Position numbers and translations under genes: made by a program
The notes under the pieces: model-generated
Told to the model about the DNA's origin: nothing
Databases searched by the model: none
Seen by the model: the letters and a program-made list of their open reading frames with translations, nothing else
Assembly: GCA_017473615.1 (NCBI GenBank)
Contig: JAFUKL010000024.1
Span: forward strand, 4,029-68,028
Direction of reading: 5' to 3'
From: Muribaculaceae bacterium
GTDB taxonomy: Bacteria; Bacteroidota; Bacteroidia; Bacteroidales; Muribaculaceae
DNA: 64,000 nt
In this document: positions 17,445-26,270 of the stretch, in pieces
Position numbering within the stretch: position 1 is the first letter of the stretch
Layout of the letters: each line of letters begins with the position of its first letter

Positions 17445-19133
17445 TTATTTAGTCATTATTACTTCTTTTATTTTGCCGTTTTCTGTGGTTCTTACTATGT
17501 ATGTCATGGATATTTCAGAACCGGGCAGAACGTCATAATTAAATCTCAATTCTTTACTGCCATCGGCGTATTTTACCTTAAATACACTGTCGGGATTCCG
17601 CGGCTCTATTCCGTAATACTCGTAGAGATGGCTATTGATGCTGTTACGTATTTGTGAAATGTTCTTATCCACATTTTTACGAACCAAGTTAAGTATAGAA
17701 TTGCCGTTGCCGGATAAATCCAATTGTTCCATTTTGCAGTCGTATGCTTTTCCGCTCATTATGCCTTTGGACTTGTCCAACGTCTTTGGTCGGTCTTGGA
17801 ACATTTCGGGCGTGACTGCAAATAATGATGGGTCGCCGAAAAGGTTGAACTCCGTAACTGTTGATATTGTGTTAGGATTTATTTCGCAATCTCCTTCTTG
17901 GTTCAAAACCATATCTCGGGCAATTAATAAAGCTTGTCCTGCGCTGTATCCGCCTAATATTGAACTGATAAATCCCAATGCCATTGTATCGGCATATACA
18001 GGTAATACCGGAGTATATTCAGTGATAGAAACAGGATCTACGTTTCCCCATGCGATGCGTGACGAACCTAAAAACAACAGTGCTTGGGCATATAATGCCG
18101 AAAGTAACATGCTGTGCCGCTTGTCAAGACCTATGAATCTGGCACCGTAGCATGCTTCGCATACTATGATGTTTGGAACACGGCAGGAACTTATATGCTC
18201 GGGTAATAAAACGGGTATAGAGACTTTCTGCCCTTTATGTGCTCCGAACCATCCTCTTGCTTCAAGGGCGTTACATCCGTGCAGATTATAATAGTATAGA
18301 TGCGCCTTGTCATGAAAAACACGGTTTACATTTTCGGTAGTGATACCGGGTGACAGTATCAAGCGGCGGAAATAGCAATCGGCTGATATGTACCCGTCCA
18401 GATTCCTTAATTTATTGGCTGCAATCAAATCATCTATGACTGTAGCAGAAACATTTTTCCAATTAGGGTCACATTGACCGTAGGCTTCTGTAAGCGGGAT
18501 TCCTTCTGCACCTTTTACGGCTCTTTCCAAATAGTTACGGAAATCTTCCGATGTCGTATCTTCTCCTATCGGCAGACGTCCTACAAGAAAAGCCTGCTGA
18601 TACCTGAAAATCTGTGCATTTTGCAGCATAGGCATCATGTTTTTGCCGTAGGGGAATGCGTATAGTATATCGGTGTCTATCGTTTTGTCTTTTACATCGA
18701 TGCAATAGTGCGGAATACGAGGCATCGGAATGATGTCGTTACCACCTATTATAAACAGATAATTGATTTCCCGCTTGTCGGCTTGACGATTGTATGCATC
18801 GGTTAATACATCCATGTAGCCGGATATGCCGCTATCGGGATTGGGCGGTGTAACTATATTGTCGGATACATAGTTTCCTGTATCAACCAAGCTGTATGAA
18901 ACGCCGTAACTTTGTTTTACACCAATATAGTATTCCAGTAGTTTATGAACGGTATGTTCTTCTGTGCGCAATTTGGCGGCAAGACGCTTCACGTCGGTAA
19001 ATATGATACCGGATGCGTAAAAATTATTTTTGACCGCTGAATCCTGCGTATCCTCAGCTATCTTCGTTCCGCATTCAGGGCAAAATATCGCATCCTGTTC
19101 ATTTATCTTATAACCGCATTCCGGACAGTACAT
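17445..19133 (-). CDS. Zn-ribbon fused to a clan-CD (gingipain C25 / legumain / caspase-like) cysteine peptidase domain, cytoplasmic (562 aa)
   Basis: The N-terminus is CPECGYKI..FCPECGTKI. NYLFIIGGNDIIPMP resembles the C25 YLLLVGD..IP strand. Candidate His-Cys dyad: YYNLHGCN, then 43 aa later NIIVCEACYG (compare legumain EACESG and caspase QACRG). There is no signal peptide. Confidence 0.7.
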   Translation of the reverse strand: MYCPECGYKINEQDAIFCPECGTKIAEDTQDSAVKNNFYASGIIFTDVKRLAAKLRTEEHTVHKLLEYYIGVKQSYGVSYSLVDTGNYVSDNIVTPPNPDSGISGYMDVLTDAYNRQADKREINYLFIIGGNDIIPMPRIPHYCIDVKDKTIDTDILYAFPYGKNMMPMLQNAQIFRYQQAFLVGRLPIGEDTTSEDFRNYLERAVKGAEGIPLTEAYGQCDPNWKNVSATVIDDLIAANKLRNLDGYISADCYFRRLILSPGITTENVNRVFHDKAHLYYYNLHGCNALEARGWFGAHKGQKVSIPVLLPEHISSCRVPNIIVCEACYGARFIGLDKRHSMLLSALYAQALLFLGSSRIAWGNVDPVSITEYTPVLPVYADTMALGFISSILGGYSAGQALLIARDMVLNQEGDCEINPNTISTVTEFNLFGDPSLFAVTPEMFQDRPKTLDKSKGIMSGKAYDCKMEQLDLSGNGNSILNLVRKNVDKNISQIRNSINSHLYEYYGIEPRNPDSVFKVKYADGSKELRFNYDVLPGSEISMTYIVRTTENGKIKEVIMTK

Positions 19134-19162
19134 GATTTTTCCTTGGTTGTGTAAAACAATTG

Positions 19163-20539
19163 TTATTTCTTCATGTATTTTTCTCTCTTTTCTGTCACTT
19201 TCTTGACATAATTCCGCGTCTCTTGAGCCGGAAGATTGACAATCAAGTGGTTGTATAGTTGAGAGTACTCATACTTGTTGATTAGCGCAAATATCTTTTT
19301 GCTCAGATTCCTTGTGTTGTCGAATGCTCGGCACACATTGCCCGGACCGGTATTGTATCCGGCAATCACGCATAACCGTTGACAGTGCGTATCGTTTACA
19401 TCTGAGAATGTATTCATAAGTATCCTTAAATAAGCCGTACCCAACTCAATATTGTTGCGAGGGTTGTATAGATAGGCAGGTTCAGGTATCCATGATTTCT
19501 TGTACACATATTGATATGCCGTAGCACCTCCATATTTTGGGACTAATTGCATCAATCCGTATGCGTTAGCCCAACTTTTGGCTTCAGGATTGAACGCCGA
19601 TTCCACTTCCATAACGGCAAAAATCAAAGGTTGTTCCACTTGGAATTTTTTAGAAAATTCCGCTACAATGTCTTTATATTTATATGCGTTTTTTGAAAGG
19701 TTGTCGGCAACGAGGCTCATTTGTACTTGTACTACTTTACGGCTTTTTCCGTCATTCCCGATTATTGATGATGTTTTCTTGTTGATTTGTTGCGCAATCT
19801 TTTGAGCCAAAGAAGACTTGTTATTCTTGTCTTTAAGCGCATTTGCTCTTTCCTCGGCTTTCTTACGAGCATTATCCCGCTTTTCGGCTAAAGAACTTTT
19901 TGAAACGTCGGAACTCTTTTTATCCTTAGCGTTGTTGACAGATGTACCGTTGGAATTACCCTGTGATTGGTTTACAGCCAACGGCTTGCCTTTTACTGTG
20001 GGTTTAGGTGGAGCCGGACGGTTATTGACTGCAACTGCAACCGTGTCCAAATCAAACATTGAGAAATCTACAATATTATCAAGAATCGGAGCTTTGGTTA
20101 GCGGTTCTGATTGGTTAGCTGCCTTGAATGGATTTGATGAGCCTCGGCTGTTTAGTAATCGTTCGATTGTTTTTGCCAAACGACTGTTTATGGCTGAAAT
20201 ATCGGAATTTTCGTCTTCATCTATTGCCACCTCAATCAGAATATCTCCTTTCTCGAAATTGACTATGGAGCGCGAGTGGAAATCGGTATCATATTCGACC
20301 CATTCTTTGGGTGTGTCGTTTATGATTGTGTCGCCACCCCAAATATTAGTAATGGATTTTACGAATTGTTCATAGTCGGCAAGAGCTTGTGCTTCGTATG
20401 CTGCGAAATCCGAACGTTGTTTTGCCGCATCTTGCTCAAAACTCATTTTCATCGAATCCAGTGGGGTAGATGACGTTTGGCTGAATGCGCTTAACATACT
20501 TGCCAAGAATACTATTATGATGAGTATATATTTTCGCAT
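19163..20539 (-). CDS. MltC-like membrane-bound lytic murein transglycosylase (458 aa), first gene of the operon
   Basis: It has a signal peptide. The SLT domain carries the catalytic Glu context VMEVESAFNPEAKSWANAYGLMQL and AGYNTGPGN. The central linker is low-complexity and K/S/N-rich. Confidence 0.85.
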   Translation of the reverse strand: MRKYILIIIVFLASMLSAFSQTSSTPLDSMKMSFEQDAAKQRSDFAAYEAQALADYEQFVKSITNIWGGDTIINDTPKEWVEYDTDFHSRSIVNFEKGDILIEVAIDEDENSDISAINSRLAKTIERLLNSRGSSNPFKAANQSEPLTKAPILDNIVDFSMFDLDTVAVAVNNRPAPPKPTVKGKPLAVNQSQGNSNGTSVNNAKDKKSSDVSKSSLAEKRDNARKKAEERANALKDKNNKSSLAQKIAQQINKKTSSIIGNDGKSRKVVQVQMSLVADNLSKNAYKYKDIVAEFSKKFQVEQPLIFAVMEVESAFNPEAKSWANAYGLMQLVPKYGGATAYQYVYKKSWIPEPAYLYNPRNNIELGTAYLRILMNTFSDVNDTHCQRLCVIAGYNTGPGNVCRAFDNTRNLSKKIFALINKYEYSQLYNHLIVNLPAQETRNYVKKVTEKREKYMKK

Positions 20540-20681
20540 ATTGTCAACGTTGTATTTTTAAAGGTTTTATATCCTTATAATTCCCAAATATTCTTTAGTT
20601 TCATGCAGTTTTAAGTATTCCTTGCACTTGTTTTTCTATTTTTTCTATGTAAAAATGTCGTATTTTATAATTACTTTTTCG

Positions 20682-20689
20682 CAAATTTA
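20682..20689 (-). promoter_or_regulatory. Candidate Bacteroidetes -7 promoter box (TAAATTTG on the minus strand) for the nine-gene operon
   Basis: It matches the TAnnTTTG consensus. It lies ~140 nt upstream of the 20539 start and 20 nt downstream (in the direction of transcription) of a 9-nt G-run. Confidence 0.4.
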
Positions 20690-20709
20690 AACAATTAATT
20701 GTGGTTTTA

Positions 20710-20718
20710 CCCCCCCCC
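20710..20718. repeat. Homopolymeric C9 tract (G9 on the minus strand) in the divergent intergenic region
   Basis: Read directly: ttttac ccccccccc aatt. It is embedded in a ~55-nt motif shared with 39805-39855, where the run is C7. Confidence 0.95.
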
Positions 20719-20841
20719 AATTACTAAAATATGTTAATGTGACCAATTTTGTCACTATTCAGTAGTTGTTTTGATTTTAGTTGGCATAAGAAATGACTTG
20801 AGAAATAGGGGTGGTGTCTTGTGGAATATTGTTAAAAATAT

Positions 20842-20849
20842 TACTTTTG
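20842..20849 (+). promoter_or_regulatory. Candidate -7 promoter box TACTTTTG for the acyltransferase gene
   Basis: It matches TAnnTTTG and lies 30 nt upstream of the ATG at 20879. Confidence 0.5.
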
Positions 20850-20878
20850 TGTGACACAAAATTAAGCGTAAATCAGAG

Positions 20879-21949
20879 ATGGAACAGAACAAAAGTATCC
20901 GTTTGCATTATTTTGACATGTTAAAAGGGGTTGCCATTTTTATGGTGGTTATAGGGCATGTTCTTACTATGTGCATACGTGAGATAGACAATGCAGTTCT
21001 TTTTAAATTTGTAGAGAAGATTCACATGCCTGTGTTTTTCTTTATAAGCGGCTATTTTACGTATAAAGTGATTAAAGACGGGAAACTTGCTATACCGGAT
21101 GTTAAGGCGAGAGCAAAACAATTGCTTATCCCGTTTTTTGCCGTGAGTACATTATGGATTTATTATTTTCCGCATAGTGGTTTGCAGAGTCCATTTGATT
21201 CTACATGGGAAGGGTTGTATTTCAGTACAGGGAAAAACGGCTATTGGTTTACATTATGTCTCTTTGAGATAATATTGTTGTATTGTGCTTTGATTTCGGT
21301 GCTTGAACGTTGTAAGAGTGTTGCCGCTAAATTTGCCGTGGTGGTCGCTGTATGGATTGTATTAGGTTTGTTGACGAAATTTGTGTTTACGGAGAAAATA
21401 AATTCGTTGATAGGAGTTCCGTTGCTGTTTGAATTCTTTCCGGTGTTTATGTTTGGCATTATGGCTCGTTCGGTGAAAGAAACCTTTGACAATGTAACGT
21501 CTGATTCAAAGTGGATAACGATTGCGATTGTAGCAGGTAGTTTTTTGATGTACTATGTGTGTTGGTCGTGGGAATTTTCGCTGCCGGTAGAGTGTGTTGA
21601 CATAGCGAGACAATTGTTGTATGTATGTGTGGTAATAGTCTCGATAAGTGTAGCTAAGTCATGGAGTTTTAGGGCTTTCGGAACAGAAAATCCACGTGGT
21701 TCAATTTCGGGGCGTGTGTGTGAATATATAGGCAGGCAGAGCCTTGCTGTGTATTTGCTCCATTATTTCTTTTTATTTCCCTTGACGGTGTTAAGAGAAC
21801 CGTTGATAGAAATGAATCTTGGTTTTGTGCCTACTTTGATATTCGCATCATTTTTTGCTTCGATAATTATCGCTGTTACGTTGGGCGCAAATTATATAAT
21901 ATGTCACAGCAAGCCATTGGCTTTGCTTTTGACAGGAAAAGAAAAATAA
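20879..21949 (+). CDS. Integral-membrane acyltransferase (acyltransferase family 3 type)
   Basis: About 10 predicted TM helices. The N-terminal pattern FDMLKGVAIFMVVIGHV is typical of Acyl_transf_3 O-acyltransferases. Confidence 0.8.
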   Translation: MEQNKSIRLHYFDMLKGVAIFMVVIGHVLTMCIREIDNAVLFKFVEKIHMPVFFFISGYFTYKVIKDGKLAIPDVKARAKQLLIPFFAVSTLWIYYFPHSGLQSPFDSTWEGLYFSTGKNGYWFTLCLFEIILLYCALISVLERCKSVAAKFAVVVAVWIVLGLLTKFVFTEKINSLIGVPLLFEFFPVFMFGIMARSVKETFDNVTSDSKWITIAIVAGSFLMYYVCWSWEFSLPVECVDIARQLLYVCVVIVSISVAKSWSFRAFGTENPRGSISGRVCEYIGRQSLAVYLLHYFFLFPLTVLREPLIEMNLGFVPTLIFASFFASIIIAVTLGANYIICHSKPLALLLTGKEK

Positions 21950-21956
21950 CATTATA

Positions 21957-23093
21957 ATGTCTTATATTATGAAACTTAAAACTATTAAAAACTTGCTGTT
22001 GCTATTGGCTTTGGTAAGTGTGGCTTTTGCTTTGAGAGCCGAAGAGAAAAAAGAACTCAAGTACGTTAATGCTCTTGAATTTCGAATGATAAACAAGGGA
22101 TTTGATAACACCATGTCCCCTTATCATCGTCTTCCTGCTTATTTGAAAGATAGTATTATGAAAGATACAAAACGAGAGGCATTGTGGGATCGTGCAAGAA
22201 ACAGTGCAGGACTGGCTATACGTTTTTCTTCAAATTCAAGCCGTATAGGTATACGATACAATCTTACATGGAATTTTCACATGGCGCACATGGCCGATAC
22301 CGGAATAAAGGGAACAGATCTGTATATTCTTAATGATGACGGCAAATGGGAATATGTAAACACTAATCGTCCGTATAAAAAAGATTCGATACAGACTAAA
22401 ATTTATGCCGATGACCTTCCAAGCAAGGAAATGCGCGAGTATATGATATATTTACCGTTGTATGACGGGGTGAATTGGATGGAAATAGGTGTTGATAGTG
22501 CGGCTGTAATCCAAAAGCCTATGCTGAATAATCCGCGTAAAGAGAAAAAGGTGGTATTCTATGGAACAAGTATTATGCAAGGAGGATGTGCTACACGCAC
22601 CGGTATGGTAGCTACCAACATGATACAGCGCGACTTGAATGTGGAATGTGTAAATCTTGGTTTCAGTGGCGAGGGTAAGATGGATAACTATATGGCACTT
22701 GCCATGGCGGAAATACCTGATGTGGTTGCTTATGTGCTTGACCCGATACCAAATTGTACGAAAGATATGTGCAAGAATTTGACTTATGGATTTGTGAATA
22801 CGTTAAGAAAACTGCGTCCAAACGTACCTATAATTATGGTTGAAGGTCCTATGTACAGCTATACCAAATATGATAAATTTACAAAGAATTATCTTGCCGA
22901 GAAGAATGAAGAGTGGCGTAAGAACTATGAAAAATTGAAAGCAGACAATCCCGATAACTTATATTATGTGACTTGTGAGGGATTAAGCGGATATGATAAT
23001 GAAGGAACCGTTGACGGAATTCATTTTACCGATATTGGTTTCCGTGCATACGCCGACAAACTTATTCCTGTCTTGAAAGATATCGTAAAATAA
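21957..23093 (+). CDS. SGNH/GDSL-family hydrolase (acetylesterase-like) with an N-terminal beta-sandwich domain
   Basis: It has a signal peptide. Block I is VVFYGTSIMQGG (Ser nucleophile) and block V is DGIHFTD (Asp-x-x-His). Confidence 0.8.
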   Translation: MSYIMKLKTIKNLLLLLALVSVAFALRAEEKKELKYVNALEFRMINKGFDNTMSPYHRLPAYLKDSIMKDTKREALWDRARNSAGLAIRFSSNSSRIGIRYNLTWNFHMAHMADTGIKGTDLYILNDDGKWEYVNTNRPYKKDSIQTKIYADDLPSKEMREYMIYLPLYDGVNWMEIGVDSAAVIQKPMLNNPRKEKKVVFYGTSIMQGGCATRTGMVATNMIQRDLNVECVNLGFSGEGKMDNYMALAMAEIPDVVAYVLDPIPNCTKDMCKNLTYGFVNTLRKLRPNVPIIMVEGPMYSYTKYDKFTKNYLAEKNEEWRKNYEKLKADNPDNLYYVTCEGLSGYDNEGTVDGIHFTDIGFRAYADKLIPVLKDIVK

Positions 23094-23345
23094 GAAATTG
23101 TTTAGAAACTGTTTGAATTTTATTTCGAGATTATTTTAAGGAATATTTTGTAATGGTTTTTTTGACTGAATTTGGTGGCATGTTTTGATTAAGGCGTGCC
23201 GCCATTCGTTTTGTGGTTAGTTAAAATTTAACAGCTTTTTAGGGTAAACGCTTTCTTATTCGCTTTATATAAAACTATATCGGTAGCTTTATTAATCTTT
23301 GTAAGATGATTAATTCCATAAAATTACAAACCTAAAACAATTATA

Positions 23346-25268
23346 ATGAAAAAAACATTAATTCTAATCATTGCGTTATTTATTTCGCTTAATATTCAAG
23401 CTCATAACATTTATTCTATTTATCCTGTTCCTCAGGAGCAGTATGAGGTTGACGGTAAAGCCGCATTTTCTCAGCAAGTAAATGTTGTGGCAGAGGTTGG
23501 TGTAGACACTATCACCGTGAATCGGGCTAAACAGATCCTTTCCGAATCGGGCTTGGATGTGATTGTCTCAAATTCAGTGCAAAAGGGAAAAACCAATCTT
23601 TTGCTTGGCATAAACAATTCCAAAGGAGTGGCGGACAAACGAATATCGGCATTGAAATTAGACAGAACAGTTTTTACTCTGCCTAAATATGACAGGCATA
23701 TATTAAGCCTTGTTGCAGATAAGAAAGGGGTAGCTCAAATAACCATTGTAGGTGAAAATACAGATGCGGTGTTCTGCGGTCTTGCCTCATTGGAACAAAT
23801 TCTTGATTGCGGCAAATCTGAGTTGAAATGTGTGACAATATATGATTTTGCCGACATTAAGAATCGTGGTATCATAGAAGGGTATTATGGTGTACCATAT
23901 ACAGCTGAGGTCACCAAAGATTTATTCCGTTTTATGGCTCGTTATAAAATGAATACATATATGTATGGAGCAAAATCCGATTCTTACCATTCGCTATACT
24001 GGAGTGAACCTTATCCTACATCTATTACAGAGGAGCAGTTACGCATCGGTTACCTGTCACAAGATATGATGAAGGATATTACTGCTACAGCACAAATGAC
24101 TAAGATTAATTTTATTTGGGCGATTCACCCGGGTAAGGCTTTTGCCGATCCTGAGAACAAGGAGGTTCTCGATAAGATAATGACGAAATTTGACAGCATG
24201 CATGGTTTGGGTGTAAGACAGTTTGGTGTATTTGTCGATGATGTGGGTGTCCCATCGGAAACCGAAATCATGAATTTGTGTGCAAATAATGTTACCGAAT
24301 TGCAGCATCGTATCGACGATCGATGGAATAAGGGTAATGCCGCACCTGCCGATACCGTAAAACCATTGCATTATGTACCGCAATTATACGCTTATTCATG
24401 GGCAACACCTGAAAAGACTCGTATATTCTTTGAATCACTGAAGTCGACACCCGAAAAGACACATATTTATATTACCGGACGAAATGTGTGGTCAGTTCCA
24501 AATAATGAGGATATTGCAGTAATAAAAACGCATTTGGGAAGAGACATAAGTTGGTGGTGGAATTATCCTTGTAATGATGAGGACCATACAAAACTATTCA
24601 TAATGGATACCTATACTAATTTTATAGACGAGTCGCATATCGATAATTTGGCACGGCTTGAAACCAATATAGCAGGGGCTAATTCTATTATTGTAAATCC
24701 TATGCAACAGGGAGCGTTGTCTAAAATCGCATTGTTCAGCGTTGCCGACTACACTTGGAATAACGCTGCGTTTAACAACCAGCGAAGTTGGGAAAATGCG
24801 TTATTTGCTGCTGTTGGCGAGAAATATGCTCCGGCTCTGCGCATTGCCGCTCCATTCTTGAGATATTATGATACTGACGCATTGGATTACTTGATTATGC
24901 GTTATAAGTTGTCGATTAAACGAGGAAAGCCTAATCATGAGGCTCTTTTGAATAAATTAAAAGAAGTGAATGCTGCATGCGGAACACTTAAACAGATGAA
25001 AGTTTCCGATAACGCAAGTGATACTCTATTCTATAACGATATAAGCCCGTGGCTGCTTAAACTTGACGCAATGACTGCTGAAGCTATAGCCTTATTTGAA
25101 GGAAAGAATCCTCCGGTTATAGATTATGAGAATAATACCGATTTCCAATTCAATATCTTAGGTGGAATGGGTAAGCATATTTCCCTTAAAGTGAAAAAGG
25201 CAGAGCCATCGGCTGAGTGCTTGCCCGAATTTATAAAATGGTTGAGAGAACAGGATACGATACCATAA
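23346..25268 (+). CDS. GH84-family beta-N-acetylglucosaminidase (O-GlcNAcase-like)
   Basis: It has a signal peptide. NRGIIEGYYGVPYT and the catalytic Asp-Asp context FGVFVDDVG match the GH84 signatures (compare GVVEGFYG..W and FDDI). Confidence 0.8.
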   Translation: MKKTLILIIALFISLNIQAHNIYSIYPVPQEQYEVDGKAAFSQQVNVVAEVGVDTITVNRAKQILSESGLDVIVSNSVQKGKTNLLLGINNSKGVADKRISALKLDRTVFTLPKYDRHILSLVADKKGVAQITIVGENTDAVFCGLASLEQILDCGKSELKCVTIYDFADIKNRGIIEGYYGVPYTAEVTKDLFRFMARYKMNTYMYGAKSDSYHSLYWSEPYPTSITEEQLRIGYLSQDMMKDITATAQMTKINFIWAIHPGKAFADPENKEVLDKIMTKFDSMHGLGVRQFGVFVDDVGVPSETEIMNLCANNVTELQHRIDDRWNKGNAAPADTVKPLHYVPQLYAYSWATPEKTRIFFESLKSTPEKTHIYITGRNVWSVPNNEDIAVIKTHLGRDISWWWNYPCNDEDHTKLFIMDTYTNFIDESHIDNLARLETNIAGANSIIVNPMQQGALSKIALFSVADYTWNNAAFNNQRSWENALFAAVGEKYAPALRIAAPFLRYYDTDALDYLIMRYKLSIKRGKPNHEALLNKLKEVNAACGTLKQMKVSDNASDTLFYNDISPWLLKLDAMTAEAIALFEGKNPPVIDYENNTDFQFNILGGMGKHISLKVKKAEPSAECLPEFIKWLREQDTIP

Positions 25269-25308
25269 TTTTGTTAGAAAGAAAAATACCTAAAAATAGT
25301 GATAGAAG

Positions 25309-25352
25309 TATCGGCAATTCCCAATTAATGGGGATTGCCGATACTTTTTTGA
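25309..25352 (+). terminator. Intrinsic terminator after the GH84 gene
   Basis: gtatcggcaattccc..ggggattgccgatac followed by tttttt. Confidence 0.8.
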
Positions 25353-25414
25353 GAAAGTAATTTTGCTATCGAAAAAAGTAAATAATTATTTAAGAATATA
25401 AACATAATAAAACG

Positions 25415-26257
25415 ATGAAAATTAAATTTTACATGCTCATGATGGCATTGTTTGCTTTGAGCGCAGTATCTTGCAGTGATGAAAAGGATGAGCCGGCTGA
25501 AAAACCGGCTGAAAAAGTTGCCGGAATCTATGATGGCTATACACTGGCTTCGTGTAATTACTTTTCAAATTCTGTGACAGCAAAAGAACAAGTGAAAATA
25601 GCAGCCACAGGTGACGCTACCGTAAATATTACTTTTACTTCTGACACGTGGGGAACTTTTACTATTTCCGATGCAACTGTAACAATTGACGCCGATTCTT
25701 ATTCTATAAAAGGTGATGGCATAACTAAAATGGGACATCAGGGAGTAGAAAAGGAATATGATTGTTCTTTTGAGGGTGTTGTCCAAGTATCGTCATCTTC
25801 TGCTGTGTTTACTTTCAGCGTTCCATCGGTTATGGGCGGACTTACAATTGAATTTATTAAAGGCGAAATACCTGCCGATCTTGTAGTTGCAGGCACTTAT
25901 TCTGGGTATTCTAAGGCGGTAGCTCAATATTTCCCTGACGGAATGTACACAGATGATCAAGTCATAGCAGTAGAATCAAACGGAGACGGAACATATAAGG
26001 TGGATTACGTATCTGATACATGGGGAACTTTCACTATAGCTAAAGCATCATTGGTAGTGGAAAATGATTTGTATACTTTGACCGGAGTAGGTGTAACCAA
26101 GATGGGGATGAACGGAACGACCAATGACTATGAATGTGAATTGACGGCTGTGATAGATATTTTTAAAGAAGACCCTAAGTTCACGTTCTCAGTACCTGCC
26201 GTTATGGGAGGATTGACAATAGAATTCTCAACGGGAGATATGCCTGTAACAGAATAA
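25415..26257 (+). CDS. Lipoprotein with two tandem calycin/lipocalin-like beta-barrel repeats, associated with the hmu locus
   Basis: Lipobox ALSAVSCSD. The internal duplication is clear: DTWGTFTISDATVTIDADSYSIKGDGITKMG..FTFSVPSVMGGLTIEF versus DTWGTFTIAKASLVVENDLYTLTGVGVTKMG..FTFSVPAVMGGLTIEF. Confidence 0.7.
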   Translation: MKIKFYMLMMALFALSAVSCSDEKDEPAEKPAEKVAGIYDGYTLASCNYFSNSVTAKEQVKIAATGDATVNITFTSDTWGTFTISDATVTIDADSYSIKGDGITKMGHQGVEKEYDCSFEGVVQVSSSSAVFTFSVPSVMGGLTIEFIKGEIPADLVVAGTYSGYSKAVAQYFPDGMYTDDQVIAVESNGDGTYKVDYVSDTWGTFTIAKASLVVENDLYTLTGVGVTKMGMNGTTNDYECELTAVIDIFKEDPKFTFSVPAVMGGLTIEFSTGDMPVTE

Positions 26258-26270
26258 TTCAGTATATAAG

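Noticed and set aside
20700-20720. Idea that the G-run lies in the spacer between a -33 TTTG-like element (AATTG) and the -7 box, so that run length directly tunes spacer length.
   Set aside because: The spacer would then be ~25-28 nt, longer than the ~19-21 nt reported for Bacteroides promoters. The specific mechanism is therefore unsupported. I retained only the more general phase-variation or shared-motif hypothesis.
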